A stretch of DNA of 64,000 bases from Euryarchaeota archaeon UBA130 (GCA_002505775.1 DAVY01000020.1:4860-68859); one strand, 5' to 3'; counted from the first letter of the stretch, positions 9,711 through 19,543 are shown. Program-made: numbers and translations. Notes: generated by a model not told the origin, from the sequence alone.

Positions 9711-9979
9711 GTATTCTGCTGGAGGGCTTTGTTCAAGGTTACTTGCCCAGTAATTGCTAAGTTCCTCCCCATATCTCGAATTTTATGCCTCGAAGGAAGT
9801 ATGGACGTCTTCAGAAGGTAGTCGACCATCCTCCTCGAGATAATTGCAGCAGATGCAGATCTGGTAAACATTGTCCGATTCCGGGCCATCAGGGAAATGG
9901 TTCGGGAGCGAGGAGGGATTGGAAGGGTCCTGATTCTGTGGATAAGCGTGCCAACAAGAAGAATCCAGCAAAGAAGTAG

Positions 9980-11065
9980 TCAGTCGAATGTGCTTGCTAT
10001 TTCCTCTAACTGATCCACCATTACCTTTGGACTTCCACTCTGGGGTTGCTTGCTGATGTGAGGAGAGTTCTGAGCCCTGTGGTATATCTCTCTCAATGTC
10101 TGATCGCCAATCTCAAGGTATACTCTGGTCGTCGCGATGCTAGAGTGCCCGAGAAGCCTCTGGATTGTAACAAGATCAGCACCTCTTTCGAGAAGTCCGG
10201 TTGCGAATGTATGCCTCAGAGTATGCGGGCTTAATCTCGAACGGGGTATGTCTGATGCGTCTGCAAGTTTGTCAATTAGCTTCTGAACAGAACGAGGATT
10301 CATTCTTCTTCCTCTGCTTGAAAGAAGTAGTGCTCTCTCATTATCATCTGTCCCGGTCAATCTCGCTCTGGATTTTCTAATGGGTAACCACGATTCGACA
10401 GCTCTTACAGTGGCGTCCGTGAATAATACTGTTCGGTCCTTCTCCCCTTTCCCGCCTATTACCAGTGCCGATTGATCGTCCAGGTCCATGTCCTCTATGT
10501 CGAGTCCACAGAGCTCTGAAACCCTCAGTCCTGTGTCCAGAAGAATAGTCACGATTGGGAATGCCAGAGGATCTTCTGATTTCCCTGAAGCGTCTCTGAG
10601 CCTCGATAGCTCTGACCTGCCAAGTGTGCGCGGAAGGGACTTTCTTTTCGATGGCCTCTGTATCCAGTCAGGAACGACATGACCAAGCCACCTTAGGAGG
10701 TGAGAGACAGCCGCTATCCTAGCATTCAGAGATGATGGGCTAAGTTCTCCAAGGGTGTTCATCCAAGAGTCCATTCGGCCTCTATCTGGATTTGCCCTCT
10801 TGTGGAACTCGGTTACCGAAATCTTGGAGATGTCTTCCCAAGAATATTCTTTCTCCCCTGGAAGTCTAATAGTGCTGAACGTTCTGGCAGATAATGTGTA
10901 AGCTCTAATCGTGTGCTTACTCTTCTTCTCGACTCTCAATTGCTGTACCCAGCAATCGTACCAAGGGAGTGTGGAAAGGCGATGAAGTCTTAGCGGGATT
11001 GTCGGATTTTGATTCGAAAGAATCGGTCTTTGTGATTCTATTCCGTATCCCTCTCGGTAAGCCAT
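9980..11065 (-). CDS. xerA: Tyrosine recombinase, XerA/XerC/XerD-like
   Basis: Catalytic region 'LRVSELCGL', 'SPHTLRHTFATGLLERGADLVTIQRLLGHSSIATTRVYLEI' (R...HxxR...H...Y). It has N- and C-terminal extensions relative to typical XerA. Confidence 0.85.
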   Translation of the reverse strand: MAYREGYGIESQRPILSNQNPTIPLRLHRLSTLPWYDCWVQQLRVEKKSKHTIRAYTLSARTFSTIRLPGEKEYSWEDISKISVTEFHKRANPDRGRMDSWMNTLGELSPSSLNARIAAVSHLLRWLGHVVPDWIQRPSKRKSLPRTLGRSELSRLRDASGKSEDPLAFPIVTILLDTGLRVSELCGLDIEDMDLDDQSALVIGGKGEKDRTVLFTDATVRAVESWLPIRKSRARLTGTDDNERALLLSSRGRRMNPRSVQKLIDKLADASDIPRSRLSPHTLRHTFATGLLERGADLVTIQRLLGHSSIATTRVYLEIGDQTLREIYHRAQNSPHISKQPQSGSPKVMVDQLEEIASTFD

Positions 11066-11199
11066 GTCCTCGCCTCCAACCGCAAGCGGCTGTGCATCCC
11101 TGTCCCTTAGGACGTCGCCAAGTAGACTACCGAGGTATTGAATGCTTCTCTAAATCGAGAGTCCAATGTTTAGATTTGAATAGATAGGACAAATTGCCG

Positions 11200-12153
11200 T
11201 TATGCATTTCCTTTAGCTTCCTCATCGACACTTTGGGAGTCAGATATCTGCTGTTTTTCTTCAGCTTCCTGCCTAGATTTGTGGAGCGAGACTAGATTCC
11301 TGATTATCCTGCTGGCAACATTTACTCCGGAAGCGGCCTCAATTCCCTCAAGTCCGGGACTTGAGTTAACCTCCAACACTAGGGGTCCCCTATCTGATTC
11401 GAGCATATCAACACCAGCTATCTCCAATCCCAATATTTCAGCGGCTTTGCAGGCTATCTTCGCGTATTCATCAGAGATCGCCAATTTCTCTACTTCCCCT
11501 CCGAGATGGAAATTGGATCTGAACTCGCTCCCCTTGGCCTTCCTTTTCATGGATGCGACGACCTTCCCCCCAACTACGAAAGCCCGGATATCCTGTCCAT
11601 GGGACTCTCTGATATACTCTTGAACAAGTGGCCTTAGTCCTCTTTCTAGCATTTGGTATACCAGTTGTCTTGCTTGTTGTTCCGTGTGGGCAAGGAATAC
11701 GCCAGAACCATGTGTTCCCTCATTTGTCTTGATCACACAGGGGGTACCGCCAACTCTTGATACGGCCCTCCTCGTATCTTGCCATGTGCCGACTTGCGCT
11801 GTGGTCGGGATTGGTACTCCGCCCTCATTCATTTTCTGTGATGCCAGAAGCTTGTCCCTACTGCTTTGGATACCGTCTCCCTTGTTTAGAACTATAACTC
11901 CCATCCGCTCGAAGGCACGAACCACAGATACGCCTCTCCTGGTAATTGAGTGCCCTATCCTTGGTATGACCGCGTCGCAATCAACAGGCCAGCCCTTGTG
12001 TAACAGCCTTCCACCATCGTCATCGACGACAATTGAAAGCTTTAGAGGATCGATTATTCGGACATTCCAACCTGCTGCCTCTGCTTCCTCCTTCATCCTC
12101 TTCGTACTGTACAGGCTGGGGGCCCTAGACAGTATGATTAGGCGTGGTTCCAT
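11200..12153 (-). CDS. rimK: RimK-family ATP-grasp alpha-L-glutamate ligase
   Basis: 'IILSRAPSLYSTKRMKEEAEAAGW...', 'VIKTNEGTHGSGVFLA', 'QEYIRESHGQDIRAFVVGGKVV', 'GVDMLESDRGPLVLEVNSSPGLEGIE' are RimK-like ATP-grasp motifs. Confidence 0.85.
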   Translation of the reverse strand: MEPRLIILSRAPSLYSTKRMKEEAEAAGWNVRIIDPLKLSIVVDDDGGRLLHKGWPVDCDAVIPRIGHSITRRGVSVVRAFERMGVIVLNKGDGIQSSRDKLLASQKMNEGGVPIPTTAQVGTWQDTRRAVSRVGGTPCVIKTNEGTHGSGVFLAHTEQQARQLVYQMLERGLRPLVQEYIRESHGQDIRAFVVGGKVVASMKRKAKGSEFRSNFHLGGEVEKLAISDEYAKIACKAAEILGLEIAGVDMLESDRGPLVLEVNSSPGLEGIEAASGVNVASRIIRNLVSLHKSRQEAEEKQQISDSQSVDEEAKGNA

Positions 12154-12200
12154 GATTGCTGGCCCAAGGGAGGTGCTCTTGAGGCTGTTGCCTTACGGCG

Positions 12201-14609
12201 TTGCCCGTAATGGCACATAGCGAGTGGATTAGTGTTCAATATGGCGAAGGAATTGAAAGGCTCGACATACAGCTCAGCATGATGACGACGTCAGGGAAGG
12301 CTCCGCCCACTCCTAGTGAGCTGTCTTCGATGAAGTTGGATGAGCTAAGGGAGATGTGCAAAGAGCTAGGCCTTATGGTATCGGGAAAGAAGTCCGATTT
12401 GATTCAGAGAATTCTCGGGGAATCGGTCGTGATGGACGCCGAGTCTGTTGGAATAGAATCTCCCAATGAGGATGAAGTTCCAAGCCCAAATGAGAACGTC
12501 GGAGATGCTGTGGACAGGCTCCTTGCAAGATTCGACAAGGACGGTAGCGACTCTAAAGAAGTGGTTGAGCCGACTGGGGAGGCTGTTCCTGAGCCTAAAG
12601 TCAAACTTCCTGAGGGAGCACCAGATATCCCGAAGGAGGGGCTACCTGAGGGGTGGACGTTGGAGCAATGGGCCCACTATGGGAACGAGTGGCTTGAGAG
12701 GAGGGAGAGTGAGGAAGCGTCGAAAGTTTCCGAAAGTCCTCCCGAAATAATGGACGCGGACATAGTCGGTGAGGAAGATGTGCAACAACCCGAAGAGGCT
12801 GACACATGGAGCATTCCAGGAGAATCCAAGGAAGGGCCAATTCTAGAGACTCCGCCTGACACATCTTCAATGGTGATTGTACTACCATCATTCGATATCC
12901 TATTTGAGAACTGGAAGCCGATTACTGCAGTTGCAGTGGCCATAATGATTGCCGGGGCTGGCGCATTCTACATCCTCTCTGCAGACTCATCGTTCCAAGC
13001 AAGACAGCTACGCTATGGCGATCAGATGACATTCTCGATTGATGATGGTTCGATCAGTATAGTAGGTGACGACATGATCGATCTGGTTCGAGATTCGACG
13101 TCTCCAAGCGCGCTCGATGAGATTTGCGACGAGATCTCAGTAGATATTGTATCGGGCCAAGGGTCCTCCGTGATGAGGAAGGGTTCTCTGGCGGACATTC
13201 TACACTCATCTGACCAAGAATTCGTTGGTGCCGTCGCTTCGCCTGATGCATATGGTAGAGATCATCTATCTGCCGAGCAGACTCTTGATTATGACCTTGA
13301 TATGGACCTGACATTCAGGAGATTCACTAGTAGCGGGGATTGTGGTGGAAGAGTTAGTCTGCCAGATAATACGGCTGACATCACTTCAAAGAAATGGGTT
13401 GAGATTACATCCAAAGAGAGTATCAGATCGGACCTTCTAGTTGATTTCACGGACAATAATGGCGATTTGTCTGCTGCAAGGGCGATAATCTATGATTTGG
13501 AGGAGCTATCTGGGATAAGCGGCATATCTCCACTCCTACTCCCACTAACCCCTATCGAGTTGCATGAGGTATTTGGTGACCTAGTGCTAAGGGAGGGCAG
13601 TAGCTGGACTGACGACCCAACCTGGTCATCGGAGTGGAGATGGACTGTGGGATCCGAAAAGAAGACAGACGACTTCGGACATGTACATGAAATCGAGATG
13701 TGGAACCAGGACATACAAGACTGCCTTGGACATGCCAGGCTAAATCTACTAGTCAAGAGCGGAAACCCATGGCCCGTCCAACAAACTGTGGACTTGAGAC
13801 TGGATAAGAGTCTCGAGACAGGAAGCTGCGGGCTGATAGCCGGAACTGCGGCAATGTCACTTCCAGAAGGAAGGCTGGAGATATCGATGACGATGTCAGA
13901 GCTAACCAGCTCTTCTGGTAGCAAGAACATTGAGTGGTACTCAACTTACGATAGCCGACCTGGGCCAGGTGAGGACAAGCCTAGTAGCTCGTCTCAAAGA
14001 CAGTGGATTTCAGCAATGCCGGATGAGTCTGAAGTCAGAGATTTCGATCTGGAGGAAGCAATACAGTGCACTCTGGAGAATCATCCAAGTAGCGGGGCAT
14101 CCAACGCACTGGAGTCGACGGGATACCTATGGCAGGCTTACTGGTCCCAGCCGACCCGCTCGCCAGAGTGGAACATGTCTTGGGTCACGGAAAATGATGC
14201 GTCTGGATGGACCAAGGTTAGGCAGTCTGGAGAGTCGTGCGACCTCATTGAGGACGGTCAGCATGACTCCGGGACATCCTCATGGGACAGGGACGCGGTC
14301 CCTGACACACACACCATGTCTCTCTTGGAAGGAAGGCTTCTGGATGATTTCCGATACTCGGATCTGAATAACATGATTGAAGGCGAGCAGGGGTCTTGGT
14401 TCACTGATGTCGAGCTCGGTTACCTTTTCACTTCCACACAAGACGACTTACTTTCCTCTCTTCCCGGGGGAATTGGGGACGGGAGAGTCGCTCTACTGGG
14501 AGAGAGGTCCTGGAGCGAGGGTGATGGGGTAGATCGCTCACTGCGTTTCGCAATGGACGCTGAGAGCTCTAGAATGGCTGGATGGATATTAACTTCGAGC
14601 TCTAACTAG
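12201..14609 (+). CDS. Membrane protein with cytoplasmic N-terminal SAP/HeH (Rho_N-like) motif, one TM helix and roughly 540-aa C-terminal domain
   Basis: 'LSSMKLDELREMCKELGLMVSGKKSDLIQRIL' (nt 12321-12416) fits the SAP consensus. This is followed by an acidic linker and TM 'WKPITAVAVAIMIAGAGAFYIL' (nt 12912-12977). The start may be ATG 12210 or 12279. Confidence 0.6.
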   Translation: MPVMAHSEWISVQYGEGIERLDIQLSMMTTSGKAPPTPSELSSMKLDELREMCKELGLMVSGKKSDLIQRILGESVVMDAESVGIESPNEDEVPSPNENVGDAVDRLLARFDKDGSDSKEVVEPTGEAVPEPKVKLPEGAPDIPKEGLPEGWTLEQWAHYGNEWLERRESEEASKVSESPPEIMDADIVGEEDVQQPEEADTWSIPGESKEGPILETPPDTSSMVIVLPSFDILFENWKPITAVAVAIMIAGAGAFYILSADSSFQARQLRYGDQMTFSIDDGSISIVGDDMIDLVRDSTSPSALDEICDEISVDIVSGQGSSVMRKGSLADILHSSDQEFVGAVASPDAYGRDHLSAEQTLDYDLDMDLTFRRFTSSGDCGGRVSLPDNTADITSKKWVEITSKESIRSDLLVDFTDNNGDLSAARAIIYDLEELSGISGISPLLLPLTPIELHEVFGDLVLREGSSWTDDPTWSSEWRWTVGSEKKTDDFGHVHEIEMWNQDIQDCLGHARLNLLVKSGNPWPVQQTVDLRLDKSLETGSCGLIAGTAAMSLPEGRLEISMTMSELTSSSGSKNIEWYSTYDSRPGPGEDKPSSSSQRQWISAMPDESEVRDFDLEEAIQCTLENHPSSGASNALESTGYLWQAYWSQPTRSPEWNMSWVTENDASGWTKVRQSGESCDLIEDGQHDSGTSSWDRDAVPDTHTMSLLEGRLLDDFRYSDLNNMIEGEQGSWFTDVELGYLFTSTQDDLLSSLPGGIGDGRVALLGERSWSEGDGVDRSLRFAMDAESSRMAGWILTSSSN

Positions 14610-14615
14610 GTATGT

Positions 14616-14643
14616 TGTAAACCTCTTCTGTTTCGAGTTTACA
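14616..14643. promoter_or_regulatory. 7-bp perfect inverted repeat (TGTAAAC N14 GTTTACA) between the SAP-protein stop and the parA start
   Basis: Read directly: TGTAAAC at 14616-14622 and GTTTACA at 14637-14643. It could be a terminator hairpin or an operator. Confidence 0.2.
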
Positions 14644-14655
14644 TCGACAGCTTGA

Positions 14656-15633
14656 ATGGCCCGTCGAGCGCCGGAGGCGCTCGTGGAAGATGACTCAGGA
14701 CCTCTATCGGCTTCGAATGAGGATCCGTTGATAGTGGACGTCGAGTTCACTGAGAGTGAGGAGATTGCAGGTTCTCCGATACTGGATTCGGTAGAAAGTG
14801 TTCGTACCAAGAAGGCCTCCAGTCCTATGGAATTGCCAATGTCTCTACCGACGCCAGAGGGTAGGGCTAGGGTAGTGACGGTGATCAACCAGAAAGGAGG
14901 TGTTGGAAAGACTACGACAGTGATAAATGTCGCCGCCCAGCTGGGACTGAGGGGGTATAGGATCCTTGTTGTGGACGCAGATTCGCAGGGTAACTGTGCC
15001 ACTGGCCTAGGAGTGGACAAGAGCAGAGTAAAGACGACGACAAGGGACCTGATACTAAACCCAGAAACCGCTGTAAATGCCAGACATGCCACTGCCGTGG
15101 ATAATGTCCACATGATCGTGGGTGACAAGACACTCATAGGGCTTGAGCAAGAGATGCTACGCCAGCTAGGGAGGGAGAGGAGGCTTAGTGAGGCACTGGC
15201 CCCCTTACTTCCCCACTACGACCTGATTCTTATTGACACGCCCCCCTCATTGGGGATTGTATCTGTGAACGCCTTGGTTGCGAGTGATGGGGTAGTCGTA
15301 CCCGTGCAAACTGAGTACTTCGCTCTGGAAGGGCTCGCCCTTCTCTCGGGAACCGTGAGGGAAGTCAGAGCACTGCTGAATCCGTCATTGGGAGTAGATG
15401 GGGTTCTAATGACTATGCATGCACCTACCACACTGAACCAGCAAGTGGCTTCTGAGCTTCGTGAGGCGTTTCCCCAGCTCATGGTAGAACCAGCGATCAG
15501 ACGAAACATAAGACTAGCTGAGGCGCCAAGCCATGGCGTCCCAATTCATCTACACGAGCCGAATAGTGCTGGAGGGCAGGACTACAGAGATGTGGTCTCA
15601 GTTCTTGAGAGACGTTGGGGCCTGAGAGAATGA
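14656..15633 (+). CDS. parA: ParA/Soj-family partition ATPase (copy 1) with acidic N-terminal extension
   Basis: Deviant Walker A 'VINQKGGVGKTTTVINVAAQL', 'ILVVDADSQGNCATGLG', 'DLILIDTPPSLG'. Alternative start at Met58 (14827). Confidence 0.85.
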   Translation: MARRAPEALVEDDSGPLSASNEDPLIVDVEFTESEEIAGSPILDSVESVRTKKASSPMELPMSLPTPEGRARVVTVINQKGGVGKTTTVINVAAQLGLRGYRILVVDADSQGNCATGLGVDKSRVKTTTRDLILNPETAVNARHATAVDNVHMIVGDKTLIGLEQEMLRQLGRERRLSEALAPLLPHYDLILIDTPPSLGIVSVNALVASDGVVVPVQTEYFALEGLALLSGTVREVRALLNPSLGVDGVLMTMHAPTTLNQQVASELREAFPQLMVEPAIRRNIRLAEAPSHGVPIHLHEPNSAGGQDYRDVVSVLERRWGLRE

Positions 15634-16532
15634 CCCGGAACGGATCGGTGACTAGTCCATCTTACATCACACCGGGCGATTCACCCAAGATAGCAGTTCT
15701 CTGGATGATATTCGGAAGCCTCAGCTTCGGAACGATGAACGCTTTGGTCAAATGGACGAGCCTTCATGCAGATGTCTGGATGATAATCATGGTCAGATCG
15801 GCCGTAATTGCCTTCGCAGTGGCTGTTTTTGCTGCCAGCCGGGGAATCTCCCTGAGAGTAATTGACAAGAGGACCATGCTACTGAGGTGTGTTGTCGGCC
15901 TTACTGCCATGATACTCTACTTCACTGCCCTCGGAAGAATTCCAATAGGGCAGGCAGTAACTCTCCAATACACCGCCCCACTTTTTGTGGCACTTCTTTC
16001 TGGGAGGGTAATCAGCGAAAGGGTTGAGCCCGCTGTTGTTATCCTAGTCGCAACTGCTTTCGCTGGTATCATACTGATTGTGTCTCCAGATCTCTCAAGT
16101 GTGGATCCCGATGCTCTTCTGGCACTAGGGTCGGGTTTCTTCGCCGCGATGGCATACATGTATGTCCGTGAGCTCAGAAATACTGATTCGGTGTCTTCTG
16201 TCGTATTCTGGTTTGCCTCTTTCTCGGTCGCTGGGAGTATGCTACAAGCCCTTCCTGATATCTTTGACCTGGACTGGAGAACTCTTGCTGCTCTGGTGGG
16301 GATCGGAGTTGGAGCTGGAGGTGGGCAGGTGGGAATTACCATGGCATACCACAGAGCGAACGCCGCATGGGTTAGCGCATTCTCCTACCTGACAGTTATA
16401 GTGGCCACGTTTTATGGATTCGCACTATTCAACGAGACACTGGGGATTTCCGATTGGATAGGAGGTGTGCTAATCGTTGGGTCCGGAGTGGCACTGGTAT
16501 TCATGGCCCCTTCAGGAGAAGCCGAAAGCTAG
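15630..16532 (+). CDS. EamA/DMT-family transporter
   Basis: About 10 TM helices with two EamA-like halves. Its ATG overlaps the parA TGA (ATGA at 15630-15633). Confidence 0.7.
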   Translation: MTRNGSVTSPSYITPGDSPKIAVLWMIFGSLSFGTMNALVKWTSLHADVWMIIMVRSAVIAFAVAVFAASRGISLRVIDKRTMLLRCVVGLTAMILYFTALGRIPIGQAVTLQYTAPLFVALLSGRVISERVEPAVVILVATAFAGIILIVSPDLSSVDPDALLALGSGFFAAMAYMYVRELRNTDSVSSVVFWFASFSVAGSMLQALPDIFDLDWRTLAALVGIGVGAGGGQVGITMAYHRANAAWVSAFSYLTVIVATFYGFALFNETLGISDWIGGVLIVGSGVALVFMAPSGEAES

Positions 16533-16735
16533 TCCTGGAACTCGAAGTTTGAGTCTAGGATCCCGGCAATCTCTTCTGAATTCTCAATAATCTCAAACAG
16601 CGTATTGTCCGCTGTGTAGATAAGAAGAGATTCGGATTCTCCGTCTTCGCCCTTTATCGATTGATAGGCACAAATAGCGTCCATTCTGATTCTCGTCATT
16701 CCAATCTCAGTCATTGCATTGATCCACTTGGTCAT
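16529..16735 (-). CDS. Small acidic hypothetical protein
   Basis: 68-aa ORF only; no motif. Confidence 0.25.
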   Translation of the reverse strand: MTKWINAMTEIGMTRIRMDAICAYQSIKGEDGESESLLIYTADNTLFEIIENSEEIAGILDSNFEFQD

Positions 16736-16781
16736 GGGCCGGGCGCCACAAGCCCGTCTCTTGATCGTTTAGGGCTTGGGC

Positions 16782-17411
16782 TCATTCGACGAATTCCGAG
16801 AATTCATGCAGCTCCTTACGCTTGAGGTCAGGGACCTTTGCCTCATCCGCTGGGAATCCAACAGGGAGTAGTAGCATGGCATGCTCATGTTCAGGTCGCT
16901 CAAGTATCTCCCTGAGAAAGCCCATTGGAGAAGGAGTATGAGTGAGGGTGGTTAGTCCCATATTGTGAACTGAGGCTAGGAAAAGTCCGGCCGCGATTCC
17001 ACAGGACTCCTGGGAATAGTATGTCGGGGCCCACTGGCCGTTTTCCCTTACCCTCTTGCTCTGTCTAAAAAGAACCACCAGCCATGGAGCATCGGTAATG
17101 TGCTCCTTGACATGATCGGTACCCAGTGGCCTCAGTACCTCGGCCCATGACTCTGGCATCCTCTCGGAGTATGTCTTCCTCTCCTCCTCCTCCGCAGCCT
17201 CCCTTATCCTCCACTTTATCTCAGGGTTTGATACCACAACGAAGGTCCATGGTTGAAGGTGCGCCCCTGAAGGGGCCGTACCGGCTGTCAGGATAGCCCG
17301 CTCAATGAGCTCCCTAGGAACATCCCGGCTTGAGAAGTGCCTTGTAGTGCGTCTCTTCCTCATCAGCTCGTAGAACTCATTTGCTCGTTCTGACATCAGC
17401 TCCGAGTCCAT
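16782..17411 (-). CDS. Nitroreductase-family flavoprotein (iodotyrosine-deiodinase/BluB-like subgroup)
   Basis: 'RRTTRHFSSRDVPRELIERAILTAGTAPSGAHLQPWTFVVV'. I chose the start at Met59 of the listed ORF (ATG 17411) because the longer version overlaps the upstream gene. Confidence 0.75.
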   Translation of the reverse strand: MDSELMSERANEFYELMRKRRTTRHFSSRDVPRELIERAILTAGTAPSGAHLQPWTFVVVSNPEIKWRIREAAEEEERKTYSERMPESWAEVLRPLGTDHVKEHITDAPWLVVLFRQSKRVRENGQWAPTYYSQESCGIAAGLFLASVHNMGLTTLTHTPSPMGFLREILERPEHEHAMLLLPVGFPADEAKVPDLKRKELHEFSEFVE

Positions 17412-17470
17412 CTCATGAAACTCCAGATTGATGAAACCTGAGCCATCGCCGTCGCCGGACACAAGGATTC

Positions 17471-18019
17471 CTAGTCGCGTCTGAACATCAATGCTGCCAT
17501 AGCCATCGACGTCGCTAGCAGGGGCGCTGAAATCCAGGGCAGGGACTCGTCGTCTTCCTGGCACTCCGTTGATGGCCCTCCCCAAGTACCGTTGTCATAC
17601 CAACAGTCAGACCAAACCTTCCAACCCCATCCAGACTCTGGAATAGTTGATTTCGATTCGTCCTCATAATTCAGCACAAACCTCCAATTGAGATATGTAG
17701 CTGACTCATCGGGGATGACTGTACCGGTCCAATTCCCAGATTCGCCCTTCTCTAGAGGTTGAATGGCTGGTGGATAGCAGACACCGGAATTGATGCAAAT
17801 CTGAGTCACCCAGTTGACAGTCGTACCATTCTTATCGGCTTCCTCAGAGAGTCTAACGGAGATGTCAAATGGAACGCCTTCCCTTGTAATAATTTCATGA
17901 CTGATACCCTCTATATCTGTCCCCACGAGTGAGGATTCCTCATTCACACCGCCCTCAGCTGCCACAACTAGGGTTGGCACTAGGACGAGGAGCGAGAGGA
18001 GTATGGCTGGAGCGCGCAC
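17471..18019 (-). CDS. Secreted protein with signal peptide and C-terminal hydrophobic anchor
   Basis: N-terminal 'ILLSLLVLVPTLVVAAEG', Cys/Trp-rich body, C-terminal 'ISAPLLATSMAMAALMFRRD'. Confidence 0.45.
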   Translation of the reverse strand: MRAPAILLSLLVLVPTLVVAAEGGVNEESSLVGTDIEGISHEIITREGVPFDISVRLSEEADKNGTTVNWVTQICINSGVCYPPAIQPLEKGESGNWTGTVIPDESATYLNWRFVLNYEDESKSTIPESGWGWKVWSDCWYDNGTWGGPSTECQEDDESLPWISAPLLATSMAMAALMFRRD

Positions 18020-18058
18020 GGTGTTGCGTGCTCGTCCTCCCTCATCAAGGATGAGGTC

Positions 18059-18562
18059 CTATGTCTCTACTGCCCAGAGATCGTCCCCTACGCAATGAAT
18101 GGTGGAGATGGCCTTCCCCTTGGTCATCTCCATCATCTCCTCGCCATCCACTAGGGCGATTCCAGATGCCAATGGCGCCCCTGTATCCTGATCCCTAATC
18201 CAGACAAAACCACCTGGAGGGATAGAGGGGTCCGCGATGTGGATTCCAGCCCCCATGCAGTCTGCACCATTCATCAGGAAAGGGATGGCTCCCTTATCGA
18301 CAGCCGCCCAGCTCCTCTCCGGCTCCCATTTCATTATCCCCCTGAGAGTTGGGACCCACGCCATCGAACCAGAGACTTCAATCCTCATGGCGACTATCTC
18401 CCGGTCTAGCATCATTATGTCATTGCCCTCAAAATGAGCGAGCTCTATGAATCCGGATGACATATCGATCTGCAGTCCCATCGACTCACCGAGCTCCCTC
18501 TCAGCATCCCTCATCTGCTTATGCCGTACAGGTTTCCTCTTTCTTATCCGAGCCTCCCCCAT
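18059..18562 (-). CDS. PUA-domain RNA-binding protein (MCT-1/Tma20-like, COG2016-type)
   Basis: C-terminal 'GAIPFLMNGADCMGAGI...GGFVWIRDQDTGAPLASGIALVDGEEM' is PUA-like. Start taken at ATG 18562. Confidence 0.6.
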   Translation of the reverse strand: MGEARIRKRKPVRHKQMRDAERELGESMGLQIDMSSGFIELAHFEGNDIMMLDREIVAMRIEVSGSMAWVPTLRGIMKWEPERSWAAVDKGAIPFLMNGADCMGAGIHIADPSIPPGGFVWIRDQDTGAPLASGIALVDGEEMMEMTKGKAISTIHCVGDDLWAVET

Positions 18563-18661
18563 GTATCGTCCAGTGGAGAGCGCTCCAAGAACATATGCCG
18601 TTGGCAAGGGGCTTTGTTATCTCCAATCCATTGAAATAAGGGAGGTCGGTCGGCGAGACGC

Positions 18662-19057
18662 ATGGCGAAGTGGCACGGCATCTCCCGACGCAAGCCCTCG
18701 GGCGGACGATTGAAGCGTCCTAACCGCTACAGAGGCAAGCGCAGAACTGAGGTTTCCAGTGAAGCACAGTACGCTTACGTCGGAGAAAAGGACGAGAGGA
18801 AGATGTACAGGAAGAACGCCGGATCGCAGACGGCCAGGCTCCTATCAGTCAACACAGTGAATGTTAGTACCCCGAAGGACGGGAAGACAGTCAAGGCAAC
18901 TATCAACAGCGTTATGGAAAATGACGCTGATCCAAACTTCATCAGGAGGAACATCGTGACCAAAGGATCAATCGTGGACACAAGCATGGGCAGGGTCAGG
19001 ATAACCAGTCGCCCGGGAATGCATGGCGTCGCTTCTGGAATTCTCCTAGAGGATTAA
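18662..19057 (+). CDS. rps8e: 30S ribosomal protein S8e
   Basis: 'MAKWHGISRRKPSGGRLKRPNRYRGKRRTE...' is the characteristic S8e N-terminus; 131 aa. Confidence 0.9.
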   Translation: MAKWHGISRRKPSGGRLKRPNRYRGKRRTEVSSEAQYAYVGEKDERKMYRKNAGSQTARLLSVNTVNVSTPKDGKTVKATINSVMENDADPNFIRRNIVTKGSIVDTSMGRVRITSRPGMHGVASGILLED

Positions 19058-19105
19058 AGGCACGAAGCCCTCAAGTCACACGGCCCTTGAGAGGAGAACG
19101 TTAGC

Positions 19106-19543
19106 ATGTCCGGCGATCCGAGCAAGATGACCGTGTGGACTGGTTACTTCGACTCCAGAGTCTCAAGGTCCGGCGGACGCAGGGTCAGCAAAGACGCCAG
19201 CATCCCTCAGCCCACACTAGATGCCGTGGCCTGGGCAGCTAACAAAGTAGGAATAAGGAAAATGAAGAAGCAACCCGAAGCAAGCCACCCCTCAAGGCCC
19301 TTCGCTCAGGAGGGGAGGCTGATCATCTCAACAAGGGATGCCAAGGATGCAACTGGCATGGACAGCAAGGAAGGGATCATGAGGGAGATTGGAGTCATGA
19401 TGCGTGCAGAGATGAAGAAGTCTAGGGAGGAGGGGAAGACGGACTCGGTCCCCTCGAGAAAGACCAAGCAACAGAGGGCCCAGAGGAAGTCTTTCAGACA
19501 GAAGGGTGGCGGTCAGAGAAAGAAGAAGTTCGGACGGAAGTGA
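19106..19543 (+). CDS. srp19: Signal recognition particle protein SRP19
   Basis: 'VWTGYFDSRVSRSGGRRVSKDASIPQPTLDAVAWAANKVG' matches the SRP19 core, followed by a basic C-terminal tail. Confidence 0.8.
   Translation: MSGDPSKMTVWTGYFDSRVSRSGGRRVSKDASIPQPTLDAVAWAANKVGIRKMKKQPEASHPSRPFAQEGRLIISTRDAKDATGMDSKEGIMREIGVMMRAEMKKSREEGKTDSVPSRKTKQQRAQRKSFRQKGGGQRKKKFGRK

Noticed and set aside
9980-11065. XerA-like recombinase as marker of an integrated mobile element
   Set aside because: I found no adjacent tRNA target, no flanking direct repeats and no phage or plasmid genes nearby. Neighbours are housekeeping genes (rimK, sec61beta), so a chromosomal dimer-resolution XerA is the simpler reading.
16782-17585. 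Long 267-aa version of the nitroreductase ORF
   Set aside because: Its first 58 codons overlap the 3' end of the upstream secreted-protein gene (17471-18019) and lack similarity to the family. ATG 17411 gives a normal-length protein.
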